Of a stretch of 64,000 nt of DNA, positions 1-10,180 are shown in pieces (the stretch's first letter is position 1; every line of letters starts with the position of its first letter). Under the pieces are notes generated by a model. That model made no database searches. It saw only the letters and a program-made list of their open reading frames with translations, and had not been told where the DNA came from. Source of the DNA: Podarcis tiliguerta. Lineage: Eukaryota. A program made the position numbers and the translations under genes. The stretch lies in assembly GCA_965153285.1 (NCBI GenBank), contig OZ229112.1; one strand, 5' to 3'.

Positions 1-3000
1 AAGGACTCGGAAGGTGCGGGGGAAACGGGTGGCGGGCCGAGGCGGCCGGGAGGGGCCGGAGCGCAGCGCGGAATCGGGGGGGGGGGGCGGATGGGCAGGG
101 GGGCTGCGGGCCGAGGAAGGGCTCCCCCAGGACTGCCAGAAAAGGCTTCGGGATCGCTCCCCCTCCCGCCACCATGGTAACCCCCTGTTGTGCCAGCAGG
201 AAAGGGACGGGCCGAGGCGAGGATGCCCCCCGCTGCCCCCCTGATGCCCCCTCCTTGTGTGCCGCAGACTCCCTTGGGGGGACGCCCGGACTCTCGTCCT
301 ACGTGCTGAGCGATGAGGAGTTCCCGCCGCTGTGCCAGGCCCAGGACAATGGCGAGGGGCCCGGCCAGGCTTGCCAGCACTGCGGCCTGCCTGCCCCCGC
401 CTCTGCCGCCTGCTGCCCACCAGAGGAAGAAGAGCTGGAGGAGGAGGAGGAGGAGGAGGAGGAAGGTTCCGCCAAGGGGCGGGTGGTCTTCTCCTGCCAG
501 CTGTGCCCCTTTGCCTCGCACTACTCCAGCCACCTCAAGCGCCACATGAAGACCCACAACGGGGAGAAGCCCTACCGCTGCCCGCACTGCCCTTACGCCT
601 CGGCCCAGCTGGTCAACCTGACGCGCCACCTGCGCACCCACACGGGAGAGAAGCCCTACCGGTGCCCCACCTGCCCCTTCGCCTGCAGCAGCCTCGGCAA
701 CCTCAAGAGGCACCAGCGGATCCACGGCCAGGAGCGCCCGCTGCGCTGCGGCTCCTGCACCTGCCGATGCGCCCGGGGCAACCCCCTGCGGCGCCACAGC
801 CCCGGGGCGCAGGGGGAATCGGAGGCGGAGATGGAGGGGCCAGCGGCTGCGGAGCAGGAGACAGGTATGTGGGGCAGGCCGGGGTGGGGGTCCAAGCCCT
901 TGCCAAGCAGAAAGACTTCCTGACAGATAACCGCCCAACAGCTGCTTAGCAGTCTCCAGTGAAGGAGAGTCGACACCCTTATTAATGAGCCGGTTCCACT
1001 GCTGAACAGCTCTTGCTGTCAATAGTAATAATAAATAATAATGATGTTATTGTTTTTACCCTGCCCGTTTGGCTGGGTTTCCCCTGCCACTCTGGGCTGC
1101 TCCCAGCAGAATATTAAAAACACGATAAGACATCAAACATGAAAAGCTTCCCTAAACAGGGCTGCCTTCAGATGCCTTCTAAAAGTGAGAATAGTTGTTT
1201 ATTTCCTTGACATCTGATGGAAGGGCGTTCCACAGGGCGGGTGCCACCACTGGGATGGCACTCTGCCTGCTTCCCTGTAACTTGGCTTCCACAATGAGGG
1301 AACTGCCAGAAGGCCCTCGGCGCTGGACCTCAGTGTCCAGGCTGAATGGTGGGTGGAGACGCTCCTTCAGGTACAATGGGCTGAGGCCATTTAGGACTTC
1401 AAAGGTCAGCATCAACACTTTGAATTGTGCTTGTACCAGGAGCCAATGTAGATACTTTAGCACTGGTGTTATATGGTCCTGGCGGCTGCTCCCAGTCACC
1501 AGTCTTGCTGCCGCATTCTGGATTAGTTTTAGCTTCTGAGTCCCACCTAGAGGGCATTGCAGTAGTCCAAGCAGGAGATAACAGAGCATGCACCACTCTG
1601 GCAAGACAGTCTGCGGGCAGGGAGGGTCTCAGCCTGCGTACCAGATGGAGCTGGTAGACAGCTGTCAGGAAGCTCTTCCTAATGTTTAATGGGTATCTCC
1701 TTCATTGTCCTTTGAATCAAAGAAAGGAGATTCTGACTGAATGTTGGGAGTAACTTTCAGACAGTAAGAGCTGTTTAGCTTTGGAATGAAAGGATCTTGA
1801 CAAGCTGGAAGGGAGACCAGGATGAGCAAGGAGTCGGGAAATCCATCCTTATGAGGAACGGTTGTGGGAGTTGGGTCTGTGTAGCCTGGAGAAGAGAGCC
1901 AGAGTTTGACCCCAGGAGGGAAGAAGGCTCTTGGCCACTGCGAGCACAGGAGGCTGGACTGGAGGAGCCCCTTGGCCGGATCCAGCAGGCTTTTCTTATG
2001 CTTTTATGAATCCTAGCAATGCAGAGTTGGAAGGGGGAGCTGAGGGTCATCTAGTGCATGAATCTCCACTAAAGCATTCCTGACAGATGACCACGAGAAG
2101 CCTGGAAATGCTGTCCCCTGGAAGATGAAGCCAGCTTATTTTCTGCTGCTCCAGGGGGCAGGATCTGAAGCCTTGGCTTCAAATGACGAGGGAGGAGATT
2201 CCGACTTAACATTAGGAAGAACTTTCTGGAGGCGAGGGCTGTTTGAGAGCGGAATGGGCTCCCTCATACGGTGCAGGACTTTTCTTCCGTGTTTGCAGGT
2301 CTTTCACCAGAGGTTGCTTGGCCATCTATCAGCGATTCCTTAGCAGCAGCAATTCCTACATAAGGGATTAGACCAGGGGACCCTGGAAGTCCCTTGTGAC
2401 TGATTTTAAGCCATTCATAGCAAGGTAGTGGGGAACACGCTCCTCAAACCCATCCTTAGCTAAATAAATAAACCAACAAATCCCTTTTTCTGCTTCCCAA
2501 GATGGTGGCCTCCTATTTGGAAGGGATCTTCAACCTAACCTCTATGGGGTCAGCAGAGTCCAGCAGTGTGGGAACCAGCTCTGGAGCAGATAAGAGGAAA
2601 GGGGGGCTCTTAGGGGGACACTGCGTGCAGGAGCGCAGAACGTGGGTCACGTGTCCCAGGCCGCAGGGATTCCCTCGCCCAGCCCGCTTTGCCCCCCTCA
2701 CTGCTCTTTCTCCTCCGCAGAGCCTCCGCTCTTGGCCCCGGGCTCCCCGTTCCTGAGGCCCGAGGACTCTGCGGCCGTCCTCCCGGAGCTGCTCTTCCCC
2801 TTCACGTGCCGGGCGTGCGGACTGGTCCTGGAGGCGGACGAGGGCCTGGGCGAGCCGGTGTGCGGGCGCTGCAGCCTGGCGGTGCTGGGGGCCGAGCAGT
2901 CGTCACCCAAGGGCTTCTCGTGCCAGCTGTGCCCCTTCGTCACCACCTACCCCAACCACCTGGCGCGGCACATGAAGACGCACAGCGGGGAGAAGCCCTT

Positions 3001-3376
3001 TGCCTGCGCCCTGTGTCCCTACGCCTCGGCACACCTCGACAACCTCAAGCGCCACCAGCGGGTGCACACGGGAGAGAAGCCCTACAAGTGCCCGCTGTGC
3101 CCCTACGCCTGCGGCAACCTGGCCAACCTCAAGCGCCACGGCCGCATCCACTCGGGGGACAAGCCCTTCCGCTGCCGCCTCTGCTCCTACTCCTGCAACC
3201 AGAGCATGAACCTCAAGCGCCACATGCTGAGGCACACGGGAGAGAAGCCCTTCCAGTGCCGCATCTGCCCCTACACCACCGGCCACTGGGACAACTACAA
3301 GCGCCACCAGAAGGTGCACGGCCAGGGCCTGCCCGAGGAGGAGGGGGGGCCCAGCCTGGACAGCAGCCTGCCTTGA
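1..3376 (+). CDS. ZNF513: C2H2 zinc finger protein 513 (5' partial; last three coding exons)
   Basis: Exons <1-13, 268-864, 2721-3376 (TGA), with GT-AG introns in consistent phase 1. Peptides match recalled human ZNF513: SHYSSHLKRHM, YASAQLVNLTRH, LPELLFP, YPNHLARHMKTHSGEKPF, YASAHLDNLKRHQRVHTGEKPYKCPLCPYACGNLANLKRHGRIHSGDKPF, YTTGHWDNYKRHQKVHG. Poly-Glu (GAG)n at ~424-464. Adjacent to SNX17 as in mammals. Confidence 0.96.
1030..1665 (-). mobile_element. L2-clade LINE 3' fragment
   Basis: The minus ORF 1179-1604 carries L2 ORF2 C-terminal motifs (IQNAAARLVTG, HITPVLKYLHWL, LWNALP). Related 3' ends recur at ~12840, ~13860, ~17800 and ~45790. Confidence 0.8.
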
Positions 3377-3799
3377 GGGCCACACCGTGGCACCCGCCTC
3401 CTCCGGGGTGCCTCTGCATAGGAATAGGCTCAGACTGCAGGAGGAGAAAGAGGGGGCCTCTTCCACTCGCCAAACAAGCCCCCTCCCCCAAGACTGGGGG
3501 AAGCAGCTGTGGGGACCTTGGGGGGGGGCAGTGCAGTTCGTGCCGGCAGCGGAGCACTGGGACCTCCTTGGCCAAAACGCAGCTGGGCACTGCCTGCTCC
3601 TGCAGATTGGGCCCTTTTCACGTCACCTGGAAAAGATTGTATCTGTGGGGCAGCAGAACACTTCCTCCCCCCCAAAAAAAGAAACCCTCCGACTGAGGGC
3701 GGTTCTTGGTGCTTTCCTGTCCTCTCTGTGCCTCCTCCCCAGCCCCTTTTAACTGTGGTTGCTGCTTGAGTCTGTGTAATTTATATCGTGTATTAATGC

Positions 3800-3805
3800 A
3801 TTAAA
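3800..3805 (+). terminator. Probable ZNF513 polyadenylation signal (ATTAAA)
   Basis: ATTAAA ~425 nt after the stop, followed by a T-rich tract. Confidence 0.6.
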
Positions 3806-4156
3806 CTGTTTTCTTATCTTGCTTTATTTTGGCTGGGGGAGAGCAGCAGAACCAAAACTCACACGCGGCAACCGGCATTGCTGGGAGGTGGCTCCCCCCC
3901 CCCAAGAAGTAGGTGGTTTGGGGAGTCTCCCCCCCCCCCCCCGTAAATAGCACAGAAGGGGCAGTTACCCTTTCTCTGTAAAGCAGGAGAAAGGCAGCTC
4001 ACACAACTCTTTGCAAAGACCAAACGTAAAACTTTTCTATTCCCCCAAGTGCCCCAGCTACCACTGCGGTTGGAGCGATTGAGAAGGAGGCTACAACACT
4101 CCCAGGGATGTGGATTGTCCTTTAGAAACAAATATACTTGTAGCTATTATTTTCTC

Positions 4157-4162
4157 TTTATT
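4157..4162 (-). terminator. Probable SNX17 polyadenylation signal (AATAAA on the minus strand)
   Basis: TTTATT on + at 4157-4162; a second candidate lies at 3823-3828. Confidence 0.6.
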
Positions 4163-4739
4163 GAAAGGAGGGATATTGGGCAGGACTTTGGTTTGGGGAC
4201 ATCCTGCATCGCACCTGGACATGATTTTGGTATTGCATATTTTAGGGAAAGGCTGTTATTTAAAGAAACAGACACTTGGTGGAATATAAATGGCCAATTC
4301 TTACATCTGGTCTTTGTACACTTCTATAGAATTGCTGAGAGTTGTGTGAGCTGTTTCTTCCTTTCTCTGTATTCCTTTGTGTTGCGTAAAGGAGGAGGAG
4401 TCGCAGACAGGACTTCCCAATCATGATCTATTTAATCATCGCCACAAACATTCGTTCGTGTTCATCTGTAAACAGCAGGGAGATTAAACGAGATTACAAG
4501 CCTAGCAGTTACACAGGAGTCTATTGGCCAGCGCCAGAGCTGCGTCGGATCGCTGTGCAAAATGTCCACTCTACCCTAATTTGGCGCGTATGGAGCTGAA
4601 GCCGCCAGCCGGCAACCCCACCCGCTGCCCAGGGGGAGGCGAGGTGGGGGGCGAGGAGCCGGCTGGGGTCGAGGCACATCGAGGTCAACCCGGGAGGTCG
4701 TACATTCCACATGGTGGCGGGGGGGGGGGGGCAGGCCGC

Positions 4740-7700
4740 TCACAGGTCCTCGTCGCCGATGCCCTCAAAGGCGTAGTTGCCGTGGAAATCGTTGGCCCCG
4801 ATGTCGGTGGCAGAGCTGGAATGGCTGATGGCCCTCAGGCTGACCGAGCTGAGCTTGCTCTGGGGGAGGAAGGGCGAGGGGGGAGAGTGAGAACAGGCAG
4901 CCCCTGGGACCTGGGCTAGATGATCCCTGGGGTCCCCTTCCACAAGTCAGGGGGGCAAAGGGAGGCGCTACTCACCGCCACCTTCGTGAGGGAGTCCCGG
5001 CTGCCATCGGGCGAATCCTGCTGGGACAGGCAGACGTGTCAGAGGAGACCAAGCCCCCCACAGGGGCAGGGGTCTGGTGGGGTTAGGGGCTTCTTACCAG
5101 GAGAGGGGGGGACTTCACGGCTTGCTGGCTGTCGGAGCGCTGCAGGGCGCCATTGGCTCGCTGGCGAAACATCTGGGGGGGGGGGGAGACAGCAAAGTAG
5201 GTTGGTCTTGTGCCCCTCAAAAACAGGGTGGCTCTGTTTCTGCCCCCCGCCCTGCCCCCTTGGTCTGCTGGGGACCCAAACCTCACCTTGCGGATGCTGC
5301 CCCCAGACTTTTTCACCATCAGCTCATCCACCATCGACTGCAAGCAGATGCTCAGCATTATCGCCTGCAAGGGAGGGGGGGAGACCTTGTGACATTAGTT
5401 CCGTGTGCCACGCTGCCCCCGCCCCACAGCAAGAGCCCCGGTTTTGCTGACCTCAGGCAGGAAATCCAGCCTCTTGCGCCATAATTTTGGGGCTGTGAGT
5501 CAGACTAGAATAAAATCCGGTTTGCATTTCTCAAGAAGTGTTTGGAGTGCGTTATTCGGCAGGCATGCTCTCAAGCGCAGAAGAGGGTATGGGGCAGGGC
5601 AAGGGGGGCCCAGTGTGGACGGAGGCGGCTGCCCCCCAGGGCCAAACCCTCCCGCCTCGCTGCTGGGCCTACCTGGGGGCTGGTGATGGTGACCCACTGC
5701 AGGCGGTCCTTGCTCATCAGGTACTCAAAAGCCAACTCCAGCTTCACCTCCGACTTGCTGCCCGCTGGGCCGGACGTCCCATTATGCACGGGGACCTGGA
5801 AAGGAACAGGTGTGGGGGTGTGAAGCCTTTCTGCGCTTGCAGGGGGGGGGGGACAGGGGACACGACACACCCAGGGGAGAAAGAGGGCCGAGAGGCAGCC
5901 ACCTGCCCAACTGGCCAAAGGGGCTCCGCGCATTGCTCACCGAGGAGGTGACCCTCCAGCAGCGCATGCGCGTCACTTTGAAGCTGCCCTCCTTGATCTG
6001 GTCACTGGGCAGCTTGACCTGGAAGTTCAGCTCGCTGTTCCCGGCGCCCACAATGACGTGGCAGCCCTTCTCGGGGAAGTCCGTCACGCAAGGGTCAAAC
6101 TTGAGATAACCGTAATACTTGAGCGTCTGCGCCAGGCGGATGAACTGCGCCAAGGAAAGAGAGAGTGGGAATCTCAGCGTTGGAGGGGGTACTAAAGGGT
6201 CCTCCAGTCCAACCCTCCCAAACCCAGGAAGCTGGGGGCTGGCAGCGCCCGACCAGCGCAGGGTCCCAACCGACCTCCTTCTTGGAGACTTTCTCCTGCA
6301 GGGACTTCAGCTGGCGATGCTGCTCTTTGTTTGCCAATATCCAGCCCCTCTCGATGTCGGCCACCGTCTGGAAGGGCACAGGAGAGGTGGAGTTGGAGGG
6401 GACACCAGGGGTCATCTAGTCCAACCCCGCAGCCCAGCCAGGGTCCCGGTGCTCACCTGGGCATAGAGCAGGTTCAGCCCCACCCGCTGCTCCATCACGT
6501 CATCGTCGTAGGCGGAGTCCCAGTAGCTGCGGGGAGAAGAGGGAGCAGGTGCCGTTAGAGGAACTGTGCGGGCTGGGGGTCGGGTCGGTCCCCCCCCCCC
6601 CCCCCCGGTGGCAGCAGCCGCCCCCTCACCTCTTGCGCAAAAGGATCTTGTACTCCGGGTTGCGGAGGCTGGTGACGGACACGTAGGGCAGCTCAAACTC
6701 CTGCAGCTTCCGGATGACTGGGAAGAAAAGCAACGCAGAGCTGCAGCACCAGCACCCAGACCAGCTCCCCCCCCTCCTGCCACCCCCCAAACCCCCCCTC
6801 CTTTCCCTCCCCGATCCTGCCAAGCAAGGCGCGCATAACAGCGGGGGGGGGGGGCACTCACAGGAAAAGGCCCCGTCCTTGGCTTCTCGCACCAGGAAGA
6901 GGTGGAAGTAGCCTATCAGGTCCTCTGGCAGGTCCAGCTTGGAGGCCACGGCCTGCGGACAATGGGGAGCAAAGGGGGGGGGGGTCACCAAAAGCAGCTG
7001 CTTCCTCCCTCTTTCCCTCCCTCCCTCCCCTGGGGAAAAAGACCTGCCATCTTAAGAAAGGCAGAAAACACATTCAAGAAAGGTGAAAAACACAATTTGC
7101 TTTCATGTTTTAAGTTTGGTACGTCTGGCTAAGTGCCATCGTTAACTTCCTCTTGGTTTTGTTAATAAACTCCCTGCCCCCCCTCATTCCTTTCTGGACA
7201 TGTTGATCACTCCCCCCCCCCCCAAAAGGCCTCACCTCCAGGACGTCCTCCGTCTGGTCCGAGGTGAGGAGGTTGACCTTGACGGTCTGCCCATTGGAGA
7301 GCAGCACCTCCAGCTGCACCTCCTCTGTGGGGATCTGCTGGGTCTCCTGGGGGGGGCACAAAGAGGGTCAGCGCCTGGCCCTGCGCCCACCGGGCCCCCC
7401 CCCCGCCTCCCCTGCCCCGCCTCACCTGCTGAGCCTTGCGCAGGAAGCTGTTGAAGATCTCGCTGCCGCCCAGCAAGGGGTCCTGGCGCACTGCGGGGGC
7501 ACAAGGAGGAGAGAAGGGCAGCCGTCAGTCGGGGGGGGGGCTCCTTGCTAGGCTCCCCCCCCGGACCCCCAAGCCCACCTTCCCAGGGACTCACCTGCCT
7601 GCATGTACTTCTCTAGCTGCTCCCGCCGCTGCTCCACCTCCACGGGGGTGAGGGTGAAGATCTTCTTGGGAGGGAAGGCGGGCACCACGTTGGCCCCATA

Positions 7701-8687
7701 CTCCTTCCGGAGCTGCAAGGAGGGAGAGCGTTTCTGCGCCCAGCCGGGCTCCAGAACAAGGGGCCAGGACCCCCCCATGCCCCAAACATTGGGGGAAGCA
7801 CACAGCCAACCCCATCGGCCTGCGCATGCAATCCCTTGGAAGGGACCCCCGAGGGTCATCCAGCCCAACCCCCCGCAATGCGCCCCCTACCTGTTCATGC
7901 AGGCCCAGCAGCTGGCTGTAGCGCACCTGGCAGTGCAAGACGCCGTTGACATGGATGTTGTAGGCCTGCCAGGGGAGAGAAGGGGGGCAGCTCAGGGGCC
8001 AGGCGGGCCTCACCCCATGGACAGAGCAACCGAAGGGGCAGCAACCACGGCAGGGGGGGCCCTGAACCCGCTCCCCCCACTAGAAGGAGGCTTTGGGGGG
8101 CCGGAGCAGGAAGGTCCATGGCCCCCTCCCCCAGCAGGAGCGGAAGGGGAGGACTTGGTGCCCAAGTGGCCACTTGGCGCAGCTGGCACACCCCCAAGGC
8201 TGGCAGCCCGATGGGCCCTTTCCCTTCTCCGAAGGGGGTCCCGCTTGGAAATGGACGGGGGGGGGCGGGTACCACTGGTGTGACTCTGCCCCGGTAAGTG
8301 GCGCAGGACGGGAGGCCCCGAGTGCTGCGCCTCACACTAAGGCAGCCGGAGCCCGAGCCCGCGGAGCCCTCGTCCCGCTACTTCCCCGGGGAAGGCGGCC
8401 GGGAAAGAGAAGAGGGCAGCCGGCCAGCCCGCAGCGGAGGCCGCCCCGTCGGGGCCCAAGCGGACCCCCCCCCCCCGCGGCCCTTTGCAGGCCGGCGGCT
8501 CCGGCGAGCGCCTGGGGGGGGGGGACTCGGGGAGAGCGGGCCGTCCTCTCCGGGGGGCGTCGGCGTTTCCCTGCCTCCCTCCCTCCGGGGGGCGTCCTCC
8601 TCCCCCCCCCGTCCAGCCACGCACCACGTAGGCGGCGTTGGCGCCGTCCGCGGCGCGGCTCTCGGTCTCGGGGATGGAGAAGTGCAT
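4740..8687 (-). CDS. SNX17: Sorting nexin 17 (PX + FERM-like domains), 15 coding exons, ~471 aa
   Basis: Exons (minus strand): 8625-8687, 7891-7965, 7595-7712, 7426-7490, 7236-7346, 6862-6952, 6630-6717, 6457-6526, 6275-6367, 5941-6144, 5673-5795, 5287-5364, 5098-5172, 4976-5017, 4740-4859. Total 1416 nt, all GT-AG. Starts MHFSIPETESR, contains AYNIHVNGVLHC and PAFPPKK, and ends with the Retriever-binding tail FEGIGDEDL*. Confidence 0.97.
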
Positions 8688-10180
8688 GGCCGCTCGCTTC
8701 GCCTCGCCCTCCGCTACCTCCGGCCCGGGCAAGGGCCCAGCTCCGCCGCCCCGACAGCCGCCGCTGCCGCCGCCATCTTGCGCAAGGAGAGGCGGGCCCC
8801 GTCGGGGCGGGGCTCGGGACGGGGAGGGGCGGCCGGTCGGGGCGGCTCCTCCCCCTCGGGCTCGCCGCAGACCGGGCGACGGCCACGAGGGGCGCCAGCA
8901 AGCCCAGCGCCGCCCCCCCGACGCCGCCCCTCCAAGCCCCGGGGCGAAGGGCAGGAGCAGGGGCCGCCTCTCCCGCTGGACGGGCCGCCGGGACCCGGGC
9001 GGACGAAGGGGCGCCTCCTCGCGCTCCGGTGGGAGGAGGGACCCGTCCGGGCTCGCCGCCGACCGCGAGCAGCCCCGGGGTGCGGAGGGCTCGGGAGCCC
9101 GGCCGCTCCGTCTCGGCAGGAGGAGGGGGCTCCGCCCGCGACGGCATCCCCGCTCCCTGACGCTGCCTAAGCAGCCGCGGAAGGGGGGGCATCTCAGCCC
9201 CGCCGCCCCGGGGGAGGCGAGCGGCACCGAGGGGGCGGGGCCTCGGGCCTGGCTCCTCCCCCTCCGCTTCTCGTCCGGCTCGCAGGGGGCGCTGCAGCAT
9301 CCGGTGCCGTCGGAGAGAGGAGCCGGCGATGGCGGAGCGCAGCGGCGGCGAGGCCGGCGAGCGGCCCGGGCAGGTAGGGGCGCCGCCGAGGCCGGGATCC
9401 GGGTGGGGAGCGCCGTCGGGCTGCCCGCCTTTGACGCCCCGGCGGGGCTCTGCTCTCGCGTCCCTGCAGGCGCCGTCGGGGCTTCCCAGCGCCGAGGAGA
9501 AGCTGCAGCAGCGGCGGGAGAAGAAGCTGCAGAAGAAGAAGAAGCAGCAGCGCCGCGACGCCGGGAAGGAGGACGCCGGGCAGCCGCAGCAGCAGCCGCA
9601 GGAGGCGGCGGAGGGCCCCCTAGGCCCCCTCCCCGTCGCGGAGCCCGCGCCGCCGCCTCTAGCGCCAGGTCGGGGCACCGGAGGGCGGGTACCGGGCGGT
9701 GGGCCGGCTCTTCCCCGGCTGCTCTCCGCTGACCCTCCGCCGCCTCCCCCTCCTCTCTCCCGCAGGAGCGGAGCCTCCCGCGCCGTCGGCGGGCATCGCG
9801 CCGGGCAAGAGCAAGGCGGAGCTGCGCGCGGAGCGGCGGGCCAAGCAGGAGGCCGAGCGGGCGCTCAAGCAGGCGCGCAAGGGCGAAGCGGGGCCCCCCG
9901 CCGCCGCCCCGCCGGTGCCCAAGGCGCGCCCGCCGCCCGGCGAGACCCAGCCAGGTAAGGCGGCGCCCCGACGGGGAGGGCGCCCGGGGAAAGCGGCCGC
10001 TGCCCGGCCTCACCGCCTCCCCGGCCTGGTCCTTCTCCGCAGGGGTGAAGCGGCTCCCGGAGCACGTGCAGATGGATGATGCGGCGGCGCAGAAGAAGCT
10101 GGCCAAGAAGCTGGAGCGACAGCAGGTAGGCGGGTGGGGAGGGGGCCGCCTCCCGGGAAGATGCGGAGCGGAGGGGGCAC
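8300..10180. promoter_or_regulatory. CpG island and bidirectional promoter shared by SNX17 and EIF2B4
   Basis: Very CpG-dense. Divergent ATGs at 8687 (-) and 9329 (+). YY1-type GCCGCCATCTTG at 8769-8780, GC boxes (GGGGCGGGG), CTCF-like CGCAGGGGGCGCTG at ~9281-9294. Confidence 0.85.

Noticed and set aside
8093-10106. Long overlapping ORFs (355-589 aa) on both strands
   Set aside because: CpG-island artefacts: Ala/Arg/Gly/Pro-rich with no domain motifs. The real SNX17 and EIF2B4 exons are short segments within them.
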